Shown: positions 29,220-41,103, counted from the first letter of the stretch. The stretch is DNA of 64,000 nt from an uncultured Verrucomicrobiae bacterium (GCA_963764165.1 CAVXRD010000001.1:1408001-1472000); one strand, 5' to 3'. The notes: generated from the letters alone by a model not told the origin. Numbers and translations are program-made.

Positions 29220-30389
29220 TTAATGGAGGACTGTCATCGGGGCAATAAAATAGGGCCGGCCCGCTTCTAATTTCGGCAATTCAATTCCCAGATCGATCTT
29301 GAGCACGGGCGCCTCTGTTTTGCCCAGCAGGTGCATCAGGACCGAGCCGATATCGGCGGGAACGCGGTATTGCACCAAGTTGGCGCTGGAGATCTTCGCG
29401 ATTTTCTCGGTGCGGGCCACTGCCGTGTCGAAATCTCCGAGTTCATCGACAAAGCCGAAATTAATGGCCTGTTTCCCAGTCAGCACACGGCCATCCGCGA
29501 AGTCCTCCCAGTTTTCCAGCAATGCCCGGCCGCTCCCGGCATTTTTCTCCGCGGCGCGGGTGCGTCCAGTCCGCACGACTTCCTTGAACTCGCCGAATGC
29601 CTCGTTGATGAGCGCCTGCACCATTTGGTTTTCCTGGTCGCGCGTGCGCTGTTCTTCCGGGGAAAGGTTCTGGTCCTCGCGCTCGCCACTGAGCATGTCT
29701 TTGAACCGACCGCTCTTGAAGACTTGCGGCTTGATGCCGATCTTGTCCATCAATTGGCGGTAATTATACCCGTCCATGATAACGCCAATGCTGCCTGTAA
29801 TCGTCAGTTCATTCGCCACAATCCATTGGCAGGGAACGGAAATGTAATACCCGCCCGAGGCTGCCAGCGCGCCCATTGAAGCCACCACGGGATGATGCGT
29901 GTCATTCTGATATCTGAGGATCGCCTTGTTGATGTCGTCGGAAGCCAATACCTCGCCGCCCGGAGAATTCACTTTTAGGATGACGCCTTTAACGTCGCTG
30001 TCCTGCTCGGCCATGCTGAGTTGGTCTTTGATGTATTCAACCATGCCGAGTCCCGAGTGGCCGATTTCGCCTCCCGAGATGACGCCCTGGACGTCGATGA
30101 CCGCGATTTTGTTGTCCGAATTAGTTGAGAGAAGCGTCACTTCCTCGAGGTTTCGCGCGCGTTCGATTCCGATGGCGCGGGAACGTGGGAGCACAGTATG
30201 GGACGCGCCGAGGCCAACGAGGTTCACCAGCATCGCGAAAAGGAAGAGCAGCAGGAATACAACGGTGAGAATCTTCCAAATCACGCCCGAGGAACGCTGC
30301 GGGGGCGGCATCGTCATCGGGGGCGCCGCATTGGTCGCGCGGATGAACGGTGGCGGGTTGGGCGGCGGAATTGGCGGCTGCTCTTCCAT
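29220..30389 (-). CDS. sppA: Signal peptide peptidase (S49)
   Basis: NSPGG, AASGGYY, GSIGV, KSGRFKD. Confidence 0.92.
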   Translation of the reverse strand: MEEQPPIPPPNPPPFIRATNAAPPMTMPPPQRSSGVIWKILTVVFLLLFLFAMLVNLVGLGASHTVLPRSRAIGIERARNLEEVTLLSTNSDNKIAVIDVQGVISGGEIGHSGLGMVEYIKDQLSMAEQDSDVKGVILKVNSPGGEVLASDDINKAILRYQNDTHHPVVASMGALAASGGYYISVPCQWIVANELTITGSIGVIMDGYNYRQLMDKIGIKPQVFKSGRFKDMLSGEREDQNLSPEEQRTRDQENQMVQALINEAFGEFKEVVRTGRTRAAEKNAGSGRALLENWEDFADGRVLTGKQAINFGFVDELGDFDTAVARTEKIAKISSANLVQYRVPADIGSVLMHLLGKTEAPVLKIDLGIELPKLEAGRPYFIAPMTVLH

Positions 30390-30505
30390 AGTGCAAAAAA
30401 GCTAGCGCAACAAATTTGGCCGGGCAAGCGCCATCGCGGCTTTTTTGCAACAATGATGCATGTTTTATAAAGCGGGGGTTGCCGCATCGCAGCTCCACGC
30501 GTAAT

Positions 30506-31000
30506 ATGAACGCCATGAGGTTTCGGGTCGTTTTGCCGTTGTTTGCGGTCACGCTAATCGGATTGCTTGGGGGAGCCTACGCCGGAGATTCACCCGCCAG
30601 ATCCAATCCGCCCATCTATGACACAGCCGCCGACGGAACGAAACAGATTACTGACGCGCTCGCCCTCGCGGCCAAAGACAACAAGCGCGTCTTGGTGCAG
30701 TTCGGTGCAAACTGGTGTGGAGGGTGCCGATCGCTTCATTCGCTATTCGAAAGCGACAAGGAAATCTCCGCTTTTCTGCAAAAGAACTATGTTGTCGTCA
30801 TGATCGACACCGACAATAAGAAGAACAAAGCGGTCGATCTTAAATACGGAAATCCGACTCGGTACGGCTTGCCGGTCATCGTGGTACTGGATCCAACCGG
30901 AAAGCAACTCACGACCAAGGATTCTGGAGAATTGTTGGAAGGCGACCATCACAATCCCGCCAAAGTTCTCGCGTTCCTGAAACTGTGGTCGCCCGTCTAA
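30506..31000 (+). CDS. Exported thioredoxin-family protein
   Basis: Signal peptide, FGANWCGGC. Confidence 0.85.
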   Translation: MNAMRFRVVLPLFAVTLIGLLGGAYAGDSPARSNPPIYDTAADGTKQITDALALAAKDNKRVLVQFGANWCGGCRSLHSLFESDKEISAFLQKNYVVVMIDTDNKKNKAVDLKYGNPTRYGLPVIVVLDPTGKQLTTKDSGELLEGDHHNPAKVLAFLKLWSPV

Positions 31001-31002
31001 AA

Positions 31003-31033
31003 GGCAGGGACGGCTCGGCGAGGCGTCCCTGCC
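31003..31033. repeat. REP-like family A
   Basis: GGCAGGGACGGCTCGGCGAGGCGTCCCTGCC. Confidence 0.75.
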
Positions 31034-31101
31034 TCGCTTCGCGACTTCGAATTCAAGAACGCGCGGAGCAAAAAGCGCGAGACGCCGTCTAATCTTTCAT
31101 C

Positions 31102-34100
31102 ATGAAAGTTCTGATAGTTCGCGCGGTCTGGGTGCTTTTGCTGGCTTTCCCCTTAATTATGAAAGCAGAATCTCGAACGGCATTGTGGAAGGAGGTCGAC
31201 GACGCTGCCAGGAAGGGTCTGCCCCGGACGGCGATCACCAATCTCGACATCATCATTCGCGGCTCGCTGGCCGATAAGGCCTACGCCGAAGCCACCAAGG
31301 CAATTGGGCGAAAAATTGTCCTTGAAGCGAACATCCAGGGAAACAAACCCGAGGAAAAAATCGTCCGCCTCGAAGCGGAACTGGCGCGCACCCCGTCCGA
31401 AATGCAGCCGGTTCTGGAGACTCTCCTGGCCTATTGGTATCGGCAGTATCTGCAGCAGAACTCCTGGAGCATTGCCAGCCGAACCGCCACCGCCCAGCCG
31501 CCCGGCAAGGATTTTATGACATGGGACGCCAGGCGCCTCAATGAAGAAGTCGACAAGCATTTCCAACACGCTCTTGGCGCGGAAAAGTATCTGAAGGCGA
31601 CGCCCATTGCGGCTTGGGACGATCTGATCGAAAAGGGCACCATGCCCGAGAATTATCGTCCGACCCTCTACGATTTTCTGGTTCACGAAGCTCTTGGATT
31701 CTATCAATTCGGCTTCGGCGGAATGCCCTTTCCAGAGGATGCGTTCGAACTCGAGGCAGACAGCCCCGTTTTTCTTCCGCCAGGTGATTTCCTGCCGTGG
31801 GTGGAACATTTGACTGCCGACACGAATTCGGCCCTCGCCAAATCGCTCCGCCTCTACCGCGATCTGCTGCGTTTTCACGAGCGGGATCCCGAGCCGCAAA
31901 CGGCGTTCGCGGCGGCGGATCTCGAACGCCTCGAATGGGCGTTGCAAAACGCCTCCGGCGAGGACAAGGACGCCCGCTACAGAGAAGCGCTGGAGCAATT
32001 CCTCAAGACCCATGCCGAACTCGATGTTTCGGCGATGGCGATGGAACACATAGGGCGCCTGATGGAGCGGCAGGGCGACCCCGTCGGCGCGCGGAAAATC
32101 GCGGCGCAAGGCGAAGAGTTGTTTCCGAAATCGCCCGGCGGACAGCTCTGCCACAATCTCATCGCTGAAATTGAATCAAGGTCATTGCGCCTCGAAACGG
32201 AGGGCGTATGGAATGCGCCGTGGCCCAAAATATCTGTGCATTATAAGAACATTACGGCGGTCTATTTCCGCGCCATTCCGGTGGATTGGGCGGAATTCCT
32301 GCAGCGCCGGTATCCGCGCCCGCAGTTTATGAATCCTGGTCAGCGGCGCGAGTTTCTCAGCAAGCCCGCCGTGTTGCAGTGGAAGGCGGACCTCCCCGCC
32401 ACGCCTGACTTCAAGGAGCGCGGCATCGACCTTCCCGCGCCGGAAAATCTAAAGCCGGGTTTCTATTTCATCGCCGCCAGCGGGAACGAAGATTTCAGCG
32501 AGGAGGACAACGCAACGATGATGACGAGCGTGTGGGTCAGCGATCTCGCGCTGGTGACGCGCCAGAGAACGGGCGAGGTCGGCGGATTCGTCTTGGACGC
32601 GGCCTCGGGCGAACCCATTGCGGGGGCTGACATTTCGGTCTGGCATCTCGGCCAAAACGGAGCTCGCATATCCGATCCCTCGTTGAGAACGGACACGAAC
32701 GGCGTTTTTTCCATGAAGCCGTCCGAGAATCGCAATTATCTTTTCCGCGCCCGCCATCACGGAAACGAAATAGCCTCAGACGAGCTTTGGGGGTACGGCT
32801 GGAATTGGGAGGGGCAGGGTAAGCCATTCACGCAGACTGTATTTTTCACTGACCGCTCCCTTTACCGTCCCGGGCAAACCATCCAATACAAAGGCATCTG
32901 CCTGCGGGCGGACCACGAGAAGGGCCGCTACGAGACCTTGAATGGGCAGGACGTCACCGTGATTTTTGCGGATCCGAACGGGAAGGAAATCGCCCGCCAG
33001 GCGCGCACGGCGAATGATTATGGATCCTTTGCCGGCAGCTTCACAGCCCCGCGCGACCGGCTCATGGGCAGAATGACCATTTACACGATGTCGGCGCCTT
33101 TCGGCAGCGCGCAATTAAGTGTCGAGGAATATAAGCGCCCGAAATTCGAGGTGTCGCTGGATGCTCCCAAATCCGCGCCCAAGCTCAATGAAACGGTGAG
33201 CCTCACCGGCCATGCCACGAGCTACACTGGCGCGGCAGTCGATGGCGCCGTGGTGAAATACCATATCGTCCGCACGACGCAAATGCCGTGGTGGTGCCGA
33301 TGGTGGTCTCCCTACAGGCAGGATGGCCAGCATGAAATCGCCCACGGCACGGCGCAAACTGCGGCCGACGGGTCGTTCAAAATCGAATTCACGGCCAAGG
33401 CCAATCCAAAAGCGCTCGAAAGGGACGAGCCAGTGTTTGCTTTTTATATTGACGCAGACGTGACCGACGGCACTGGTGAAACGCGCTCGGCCGGGCTGGC
33501 GGTGCGGGCTGCCTACACCGCCCTCGCTGCGACGCTTCAGGCTGGCGACTGGCTGACAGACGGCCAGCCCATCGAGCTAAAGATTGGAACCACAACCCTC
33601 GACGGCGCGCCCCAGGCGGCGGAAGGCTCGATCAAAGTTTATGCGCTCAAGCCGCCCGCAAAAATGGAGCGCCCGCGCTTGTTCACCCCGGCGGATAATT
33701 CGGAAGATCCAAGCGATCCGAATAACTGGCCGCTGGGCGAGGCCGCCGCGGAGAAAAATTTTGCCACCGGCACGAACGGCAGTTCGAGCGTCTCGGTCAC
33801 ACTGCCGGCGGGCGAGTATCGCGCCGTGCTGGAAACCGCCGACCGCTTCGGAAAACATGTCACGGCCAAATTGCCCCTGCGCGTTCTCCAGCCGGAGGCG
33901 CCGAAGCTGGCCATAAAAATTCCGCATTTTCTGGCCGCGCCGAAATGGGAATTGCAGCCCGGCGATGAACTGGCGGCGCTTTGGGGAACGGGATACGACT
34001 CGGGCCGCGCGTTTGTGGAGATTGAACATCGCCACGAAATCATTCAACGCTACTGGACTTCCCCCGGCCGCACGCAGCAGCAAATCAAATTCGCCATCAC

Positions 34101-37100
34101 GGAGGCCTTACGCGGCGGTTTCACGCTGCATGTGACGCAGGTGCGGGAGAACAGGCATTACACGGATTCGCGCTATGTCTCCGTTCCGTGGAAAAACAAG
34201 GAATTGAAATTGTCGTGGGAGCATTTCAATTCCAAGTTGCGCCCAGGCCAAAACGAAATCTGGACGGCCATTGTCAAAGGGCCATCCTCCGAGAAGGCTG
34301 CCGCAGAATTCGTGGCCGGGATGTACGACGAATCGCTGGATGCCTTCATGCCGCACAATTGGCCGGGCGGCTTCGGGATTTTTTACCGGGATTCCAGTTG
34401 GGATCAGCGGTGGTTCGTGAATTCGGCCGCGCCATTTGACCAGTATAACGCCTGGCGGAATGGCGCAATAAGCTCCCCGTTGTATTACCGCCGGTTTCCG
34501 AATGACCTGACCGAAAATTATGGAGGCCTCCCCTACGTCACCGCAACCCTGGCCTTCGGTATGGGAGGAGGCCTTTCCCGGATGCTGTCCGAGAGCGAGG
34601 TCGCCGCCGATACCGCGGAACCTCGGGCCACGGCTTCATCGCCGGTGAAGGCCAAGGCAGGAAGTTCTTCTTTTCAAAACAATTTGTCCCTCGACAAAGC
34701 TTCCGTTCCCTCCGGACAATTTCCCGGCCCGGCAAAAGGGCCGGCCGCCATCGATCTCGCCAAAGTGACTGCCCGGGTCAATCTTACCGAGACCGCTTTC
34801 TTTTTTCCCCAGCTCACCACCGATTCCAATGGCGAAGTGCGGATGACCTTCACCATGCCGGAAGGACTTACCAAATGGCATTTCCTCGGCTTCGCCCATG
34901 ACCGGCAATTGCGCGGCGGTCTTCTCGAAGGCCACGCCTTCACCTCGAAGGACATCATGGTGCAGCCGAATCCGCCGCGATTCTTGCGCGAGGGAGACAC
35001 GGTTGAATTCACGGCGAAGGTTTCCAATCAAAGCGATAAGCCGCAATCCGGCAAAGTCCGCCTCACCTTCACTCAGAATGGCGCTGAGGTCTCGGCGGAC
35101 GGGCTTCTCAAAAACACGTCGCCTGAAAGAACGTTTGAGATTCCTTCCAAGGAATCGCGCAGTTTTTCCTGGCGCATCACCGTGCCGGACGGCGCGCCGT
35201 ATCTCACCTACAAGGCGGTCGCTTCCACCGGGGAATTTTCCGATGGCGAGGAAGGCGGGTTGCCGGTCTTGTCGCGCCGCGTCCTCGTGACAGAGTCCCT
35301 TCCCCTGCCCATGCGGGACAAGGGAAAGAAAATTTTCGATTTCACCAAGCTGCTAAATTCCGGCAAATCCAAAACGCTGCGCAGCCAAAGCTTGACCGTG
35401 CAGATGGTTTCCAATCCGGCGTGGTACGCCGTGCTCGCGCTGCCGTATTTGATGGAATATCCCTACGAATGCAGCGAGCAGACCTTCAACCGCCTCTACG
35501 CGAATTCGCTCGCCAGAAGCATCGCCAATCACGATCCGAAAATTCGCAAAATTTTTGATCTTTGGAAGAATCAATCCACCCTCGATTCGCCGCTGGAGAA
35601 AAATCAGGAGTTGAAATCGGTCATGATCGAGGAAACGCCGTGGCTGAACGACGCCTTGAACGAAAGCCAGGCCCGCAAGAACGTTGGAATTCTATTTGAC
35701 GACAATCGACTCAATTATGAAACCGAAAATACTTTGGAGAAATTGAAGCAGGCGCAATTGGACGACGGGCGCTGGCCGTGGTTTCCAGGAGGCCCCGCAA
35801 GTGATTACATCACCCTTTACATTGTGGCGGGTTTTGGCCGGTTGCGCCATCTGGGCGCCGATGTGCCAACGGATCTTGCCCAGCGCGCGATCGGCCGGCT
35901 GGACGCCTGGATGATGGAGCATTACGACGACATTCAGAAGAATTGGCCACACCCGGAGGACTACGCTCCGAATCCGACCGACTGCCTCTATTTGTATGGA
36001 CGAAGCTTTTTCCTGAAAGACAAGCCCATCGCGGCGGAACATAAGAAGGCCATTGAATTTTTCCTCGGCCAATCGCGCAAGCTTTGGCTGCAAACCAATT
36101 GGCGCCAATCTCAAGGGCAGCTCGCCATCGCGCTCAATCGCTGGGGCGGAAATGAAAACGCCGCAGCCGCGCAGGCCATCATGCGCTCGCTTAAAGAGCA
36201 CAGCGTGAACAATGAAGAAATGGGCATGTTCTGGCGCGATCTTGAATTGAGCTGGTGGTGGTATCGCGCGCCGGTTGAAACGCAAGCGCTGATGATCGAG
36301 GCGTTCGACGAGGTGGCGCATGACGACAAAGCCGTCGAGGATTGCCGCGTGTGGCTGTTGAAACAAAAGCAAACGCAGGATTGGCGCACAACCAAAGCGA
36401 CCGCCGACGCCGTTTACGCGCTGTTGCTTCGCGGCCGCGATTGGCTCTCAAGCACGGCGTTGGTCGACGTGAGTTTGGGAGGCACCGATGTCACGCCGAA
36501 ACCGCAAACATCCGCCGCGCAAAAAATCGAGCCGGGCACGGGATTTTACGAAGTGCGATTTACTCTGTCGGATATCAAGCCGAAGATGGGCCACGTCACT
36601 GTGACCAAGTCAGACGCGGGCGTCGCGTGGGGCGGCGCGCATTGGCAATACCTCGAGGACATTAGCAAAGTGACACCTTACGAGGGAACGCCGCTGCATT
36701 TGAAGAAGGCGTTATTTACCAAAGTTGCGACGGCGCATGGCCAGGAACTTCAACCGGTGAAAGGTTCACTCGCCGTTGGTGATGAGTTGGTCGTGCGCAT
36801 TGAATTGCGGACGGATCGCGATATGGAATTTGTCCACTTGAAGGACCAGCGCGGAAGCGGCACCGAACCGGTGAATGTGCTTTCCCGTTACAAATACCAG
36901 GATGGCCTCGCCTACTACGAAAGCACCCGCGACACGGCCAGCCATTTCTTCATCGATTATTTGCCGAAGGGAACTTACGTCTTCGAGTATTCGACGCGCG
37001 TGCAATTGCGCGGCGAATACCAAAGCGGCATCGCGGAAATCCAGTGCATGTACGCGCCGGAATTCAACAGCCATAGCGAAAGTGTGCGTTTGATCGTGAA

Positions 37101-37104
37101 ATGA
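31102..37104 (+). CDS. Bacterial alpha-2-macroglobulin
   Basis: 2000 aa; TDRSLYRPG, VEEYKRP, PRFLREGD, thioester YPYECSEQ, MYAPEF. Confidence 0.93.
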   Translation: MKVLIVRAVWVLLLAFPLIMKAESRTALWKEVDDAARKGLPRTAITNLDIIIRGSLADKAYAEATKAIGRKIVLEANIQGNKPEEKIVRLEAELARTPSEMQPVLETLLAYWYRQYLQQNSWSIASRTATAQPPGKDFMTWDARRLNEEVDKHFQHALGAEKYLKATPIAAWDDLIEKGTMPENYRPTLYDFLVHEALGFYQFGFGGMPFPEDAFELEADSPVFLPPGDFLPWVEHLTADTNSALAKSLRLYRDLLRFHERDPEPQTAFAAADLERLEWALQNASGEDKDARYREALEQFLKTHAELDVSAMAMEHIGRLMERQGDPVGARKIAAQGEELFPKSPGGQLCHNLIAEIESRSLRLETEGVWNAPWPKISVHYKNITAVYFRAIPVDWAEFLQRRYPRPQFMNPGQRREFLSKPAVLQWKADLPATPDFKERGIDLPAPENLKPGFYFIAASGNEDFSEEDNATMMTSVWVSDLALVTRQRTGEVGGFVLDAASGEPIAGADISVWHLGQNGARISDPSLRTDTNGVFSMKPSENRNYLFRARHHGNEIASDELWGYGWNWEGQGKPFTQTVFFTDRSLYRPGQTIQYKGICLRADHEKGRYETLNGQDVTVIFADPNGKEIARQARTANDYGSFAGSFTAPRDRLMGRMTIYTMSAPFGSAQLSVEEYKRPKFEVSLDAPKSAPKLNETVSLTGHATSYTGAAVDGAVVKYHIVRTTQMPWWCRWWSPYRQDGQHEIAHGTAQTAADGSFKIEFTAKANPKALERDEPVFAFYIDADVTDGTGETRSAGLAVRAAYTALAATLQAGDWLTDGQPIELKIGTTTLDGAPQAAEGSIKVYALKPPAKMERPRLFTPADNSEDPSDPNNWPLGEAAAEKNFATGTNGSSSVSVTLPAGEYRAVLETADRFGKHVTAKLPLRVLQPEAPKLAIKIPHFLAAPKWELQPGDELAALWGTGYDSGRAFVEIEHRHEIIQRYWTSPGRTQQQIKFAITEALRGGFTLHVTQVRENRHYTDSRYVSVPWKNKELKLSWEHFNSKLRPGQNEIWTAIVKGPSSEKAAAEFVAGMYDESLDAFMPHNWPGGFGIFYRDSSWDQRWFVNSAAPFDQYNAWRNGAISSPLYYRRFPNDLTENYGGLPYVTATLAFGMGGGLSRMLSESEVAADTAEPRATASSPVKAKAGSSSFQNNLSLDKASVPSGQFPGPAKGPAAIDLAKVTARVNLTETAFFFPQLTTDSNGEVRMTFTMPEGLTKWHFLGFAHDRQLRGGLLEGHAFTSKDIMVQPNPPRFLREGDTVEFTAKVSNQSDKPQSGKVRLTFTQNGAEVSADGLLKNTSPERTFEIPSKESRSFSWRITVPDGAPYLTYKAVASTGEFSDGEEGGLPVLSRRVLVTESLPLPMRDKGKKIFDFTKLLNSGKSKTLRSQSLTVQMVSNPAWYAVLALPYLMEYPYECSEQTFNRLYANSLARSIANHDPKIRKIFDLWKNQSTLDSPLEKNQELKSVMIEETPWLNDALNESQARKNVGILFDDNRLNYETENTLEKLKQAQLDDGRWPWFPGGPASDYITLYIVAGFGRLRHLGADVPTDLAQRAIGRLDAWMMEHYDDIQKNWPHPEDYAPNPTDCLYLYGRSFFLKDKPIAAEHKKAIEFFLGQSRKLWLQTNWRQSQGQLAIALNRWGGNENAAAAQAIMRSLKEHSVNNEEMGMFWRDLELSWWWYRAPVETQALMIEAFDEVAHDDKAVEDCRVWLLKQKQTQDWRTTKATADAVYALLLRGRDWLSSTALVDVSLGGTDVTPKPQTSAAQKIEPGTGFYEVRFTLSDIKPKMGHVTVTKSDAGVAWGGAHWQYLEDISKVTPYEGTPLHLKKALFTKVATAHGQELQPVKGSLAVGDELVVRIELRTDRDMEFVHLKDQRGSGTEPVNVLSRYKYQDGLAYYESTRDTASHFFIDYLPKGTYVFEYSTRVQLRGEYQSGIAEIQCMYAPEFNSHSESVRLIVK

Positions 37105-37120
37105 CGAGTTGCTTTCATAC

Positions 37121-37197
37121 TTCCCATTATTCCCATCAGTCCCATTTTAATGGGAGGAATGGGAATTATAGGAGTTATGGGACGGCCTCGCCCTGCC
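37121..37197. repeat. REP-like family B
   Basis: TTCCCATTATTCCCAT...ATGGGAATTATAGGAGTTATGGGACGGCCTCGCCCTGCC between convergent genes. Confidence 0.65.
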
Positions 37198-38212
37198 GAG
37201 CGCGCGGAATTTTCACGCGCTTCACCCACTCCTGGTTTTCCAAATACCACACGATGGTTTCTCGCAAGCCAGTCTCGAACGTGTGCGCGGGCGTCCAGCC
37301 GAGTTCCTTTTGAATTTTGCCGGCGTCGATGGCATAGCGGCGGTCATGGCCGGGACGGTCTTTGACGAACGTAATCAGCTTGCGCGACGAACCACCCAGT
37401 TGCGGAGCCAGTTCGTCCATTGTGTCACATATAAGCTCCACGATGCGGATGTTCGCCCATTCGTTGTGCCCCCCGATGTTGTAACTCTCGCCATCCGCGC
37501 CGCGCGTCAAGACCTGCCAGAGCGCCTCCGCATGATCGAGCACGTAAAGCCAATCGCGCACGTTCATGCCATCGCCGTAAACGGGAATCGCGCGCCGCTG
37601 GCAAATGCTTTCGATGATGACCGGGATAAGCTTCTCGGGAAACTGGCGCGGGCCGTAATTGTTCGAGCAATTCGTCGTCACCACCGGCAATCCATAGGTG
37701 TGATGATAGGAGCGCACCAGGAAATCACTCGAAGCCTTGCTGGCGGAATAGGGGGAGTTCGGCGCGTAGGAAGTCGTCTCCGTGAAATATCCCGCCGGGC
37801 CAAGGCTGCCGTAGACTTCGTCCGTGGAAACGTGATGAAAACGTCTGCCCTCCCATTTTTGGCTCCATGCCCCCCGCACGGCTTCCAGCAAATTAAACGT
37901 GCCCAGAATATTGGTGTGAATGAAATCGCCCGGGCCAGAGATCGATCGGTCCACATGCGATTCCGCAGCGAGATGCAAAACATGTGTGATAGCGTGCCGC
38001 TCGACGACCAATTGAACCGCCGCTTTGTCGCGCAAATCCACTTTCTCAAAAGCGTATTTCGATCTGCCTTCAATCCCTTCCAAATTCTCCAGGCGGCCCG
38101 CGTAGGTCAGGCAATCGAGATTCACCAGCTTCTGAATCTCCGGTTTGTCAATAATATGATGGATCAGGTTCGACCCGATGAATCCAGCCCCGCCGGTGAC
38201 GAGCAGGTTCAT
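37175..38212 (-). CDS. rfbB: dTDP-glucose 4,6-dehydratase
   Basis: [40 protein letters not shown]. Confidence 0.95.
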   Translation of the reverse strand: MNLLVTGGAGFIGSNLIHHIIDKPEIQKLVNLDCLTYAGRLENLEGIEGRSKYAFEKVDLRDKAAVQLVVERHAITHVLHLAAESHVDRSISGPGDFIHTNILGTFNLLEAVRGAWSQKWEGRRFHHVSTDEVYGSLGPAGYFTETTSYAPNSPYSASKASSDFLVRSYHHTYGLPVVTTNCSNNYGPRQFPEKLIPVIIESICQRRAIPVYGDGMNVRDWLYVLDHAEALWQVLTRGADGESYNIGGHNEWANIRIVELICDTMDELAPQLGGSSRKLITFVKDRPGHDRRYAIDAGKIQKELGWTPAHTFETGLRETIVWYLENQEWVKRVKIPRARQGEAVP

Positions 38213-39159
38213 GCCAGGGGTTTCCATTGTTGCAGCGCGTCGGCCAGCGCTTCCTCCACCGGGCGCATCGCCACTCCTGCGGCGAGCAATTTCGAGACAT
38301 CCATGATGCAGTTGGAGCGGGGCGTTTTCGCCGCCACGCGATAGAATTCCTCGTCGTTCATCCAAAATTCAAAGGGGCGCGATGGCTTCAGGATTTTCTG
38401 AATCATTTCCACCACCTGGCGCGAGGTAATAAAACCGGGATTGGTCACATTGTAGGTGCCGAAGGGCGCGCCCCGCTTCCAAAGCTCCACGCAGCCCTTG
38501 ACGAAATCCTCCCGGTGCGAGAGCGAGTTCGCGTTGTCGTAAACCTTGGCATAATTTTGCAGCTTGCTGAGGTAATTGCGCGGGTCGTCAAATCGGTCAA
38601 ACGGAATGCGCAGCCGCCAGATATAATTCTCGCCCACGCCGCGAACCGCCTCCTCGCCGAGTGCCTTCGTGCCGCTGTAAAAACTGCATGGAGGCCTGCG
38701 AAAACTGAAATTCGGCTCGTCTTGCTCGGTGAAACCGTGAAACGCGCCGCGATTTTCCGCCAGCAGCGTTTGCATTGCAGGAGTGGCCAGGCTGCGCTCG
38801 ACCCGCTCCGCGCTGTTTTCCTTCACTTTCGCGCCGGAGAAAATGCAGCCGGACGAAACGTGGCCCCACGGGATTTTCAATTCCGCGCAAACGTGCGCCA
38901 CCATGGCCGGAAAAAGCGTGTTCCCTTGCAGCGTGTCCGCCTGAAACCGTTCGCAGGCGTCGACATTCGGCTTGCCGGTGTAGCCCGCCGAGTTGATGAG
39001 AAAATTCGGTTTGACTCGCGCCAAATACTCGCGCAGCGCGGCAAATTTCGTGTACTCCACGTCGGCCCGCGCCGGCGCGGCGAAGTCCATTTTTTGCTCG
39101 CGCAGCGTTTGGGCGAATTGGCGCCCCATGTAGCCGGTTGCTCCGAGAAGAACAATCAT
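38209..39159 (-). CDS. NDP-4-keto-6-deoxyglucose reductase/epimerase (RmlD or NRS/ER-like)
   Basis: [36 protein letters not shown]. Confidence 0.8.
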   Translation of the reverse strand: MIVLLGATGYMGRQFAQTLREQKMDFAAPARADVEYTKFAALREYLARVKPNFLINSAGYTGKPNVDACERFQADTLQGNTLFPAMVAHVCAELKIPWGHVSSGCIFSGAKVKENSAERVERSLATPAMQTLLAENRGAFHGFTEQDEPNFSFRRPPCSFYSGTKALGEEAVRGVGENYIWRLRIPFDRFDDPRNYLSKLQNYAKVYDNANSLSHREDFVKGCVELWKRGAPFGTYNVTNPGFITSRQVVEMIQKILKPSRPFEFWMNDEEFYRVAAKTPRSNCIMDVSKLLAAGVAMRPVEEALADALQQWKPLA

Positions 39160-39160
39160 A

Positions 39161-40030
39161 TCAAATTGAATTGTCGGTCAGCACGCGGAGAAGGTACTCG
39201 CGGTATTCGCAATTGGGAATTTTGCCGGCCAGTTTTTCGAGGCTGTCCCTCGACAGAAAACCGCGGCGATAAGCCGCTTCCTCCGGGCAGCCAATCTTGA
39301 TGCCCTGGCGCTTCTCGATGGTCTGCACATATGCGGAAGCCTCGTGCAGACTGCTGCTGGTGCCCGCGTCGAGCCACGCGAACCCCCGGCTCAGTGGATA
39401 CACCCGCAAGCGCCCCTTGTTCATGTAGGCCACATTGACATCGGTGATTTCCAACTCTCCGCGCTGCGATGGCTTCAAGTTCTTTGTGATCTCGACCACA
39501 GAATTATCGTAAATGTAAAGTCCTGGAACTGCCATGTTGCTGCGCGGTTTGGCCGGCTTTTCCTCAATCGATATGGCGCTGCCCTCCGCGTCAAATTCCA
39601 CCACGCCATAGCGCTCGGGATCATGCACGCGGTATCCAAAAATCGAGGCGCCGCTTTGAAAATCCGCGAAAGCTTTTTTGAATCCATCCGCGCCATAGAA
39701 AATGTTATCTCCCAAAATCAGAGTCACCGGGTCGCCGCCGATAAATGATTCGGCGATGAGGAACGCCTGCGCAATTCCCGCCGGACGCGCCTGCTCGCGA
39801 TATTCAATCGAAAGCCCCCAATTCGATCCATCCCCCAACAGTTGGCGGAAACGCGGCAAATCCGCGGGCGTCGAGATCAGGCAAAACTCGCGCACGCCAT
39901 TCTCGACGAGCGTGGTCAGCGGATAATAGACCATCGGCTTATCGTAGACCGGCTGCAATTGTTTGCTGGCGACGAGGGTCAGCGGATAAAGGCGCGAACC
40001 CGCGCCACCTGCGAGGATTATGCCTTTCAT
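39161..40030 (-). CDS. rfbA: Glucose-1-phosphate thymidylyltransferase
   Basis: [37 protein letters not shown]. Confidence 0.95.
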   Translation of the reverse strand: MKGIILAGGAGSRLYPLTLVASKQLQPVYDKPMVYYPLTTLVENGVREFCLISTPADLPRFRQLLGDGSNWGLSIEYREQARPAGIAQAFLIAESFIGGDPVTLILGDNIFYGADGFKKAFADFQSGASIFGYRVHDPERYGVVEFDAEGSAISIEEKPAKPRSNMAVPGLYIYDNSVVEITKNLKPSQRGELEITDVNVAYMNKGRLRVYPLSRGFAWLDAGTSSSLHEASAYVQTIEKRQGIKIGCPEEAAYRRGFLSRDSLEKLAGKIPNCEYREYLLRVLTDNSI

Positions 40031-41091
40031 TTTTCAGCGGGTTTGGCCTTGGCCTTTTGTTGACGCGCGAAGTCCTGGACGTACCACTCCAGAGCCTCGT
40101 CCAGCCCTTGCTTCAAATCATGGGTTGGGCGGTAGCCGAGCGAACGGCGCGCTTGATCAATGCTCGCGCGGGAATGCAAAACATCGCCCGCCCGAAATTC
40201 GCCGCAGACCGGCTTGATGCCAGCCAGCGCCGGACGCGATTTTGCCAGCCCCTTCCGCAGCAATTCGAATAGTTCGTTCAATGATGTTTGCGCTCCCACG
40301 GCGATGTTGAAAACCTTGTTGACCGCGTCCGCCTTCTGCGTTGTGGCAGCCAGAAGATTGGCTTGGACGACATTGGCCACGAAACAAAAGTCGCGGCTGG
40401 TCGAGCCATCTCCGTTGATGCGGACGGGCTGGCCCAGCAGCATGGCGGCGATCCATTTTGGGATGACGGCCGCATACGCGCCGTTGGGATCCTGCCGCGG
40501 TCCGAAGACGTTGAAGTAGCGAAGGCCAATCGCTTGCGTGCCGTAGCAGCGCGCGAACACATCGGCGTAAAGCTCGTTGATCCGCTTTGTCACCGCGTAG
40601 GGAGAAAGGCAGTTTCCGATGTTCGCCTCCGACTGCGGCATTTGATTTTCGTCTCCGTAAACGGCGCTGCTGGACGCGTAGACAAAACGTTTGACACCGT
40701 TGAGTTTCGCCGCCCAGAAAACGTTGAGGAATCCGGCGACGTTCGCCTCGTTGGAAAGAATCGGCTCCTCAATCGAGCGAGGCACGGAACCGAGCGCCGC
40801 TTGATGCAACACATAATCGACGCCGCGCAAAGCGCGCTTGCAGAGGGCGGCGTCGCGGATGTCGCCTTCAATCCAGCGGAAGTTCTTGCGCAATTCCGAA
40901 CCGACCGCCACGCGCACCTGCGCGAGATTGTGTTTGTGGCCGGTGGAGAGATCGTCGAGGCCAATGACGCGCTGCCGCAAGCGCAGCAATTGCTCGACAA
41001 GATTGGAGCCTATGAATCCCGCCGCTCCCGTCACCAGCCAAACGGAGGGTGATGCGGCGAGTTGCTCTTTCAGTTTGTCGAATGGAGTCAT
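40027..41091 (-). CDS. UDP-GlcNAc(A) 4-epimerase (WbpP/TviC-like)
   Basis: [36 protein letters not shown]. Confidence 0.88.
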   Translation of the reverse strand: MTPFDKLKEQLAASPSVWLVTGAAGFIGSNLVEQLLRLRQRVIGLDDLSTGHKHNLAQVRVAVGSELRKNFRWIEGDIRDAALCKRALRGVDYVLHQAALGSVPRSIEEPILSNEANVAGFLNVFWAAKLNGVKRFVYASSSAVYGDENQMPQSEANIGNCLSPYAVTKRINELYADVFARCYGTQAIGLRYFNVFGPRQDPNGAYAAVIPKWIAAMLLGQPVRINGDGSTSRDFCFVANVVQANLLAATTQKADAVNKVFNIAVGAQTSLNELFELLRKGLAKSRPALAGIKPVCGEFRAGDVLHSRASIDQARRSLGYRPTHDLKQGLDEALEWYVQDFARQQKAKAKPAEK

Positions 41092-41103
41092 GATTTGAAA
41101 ATG

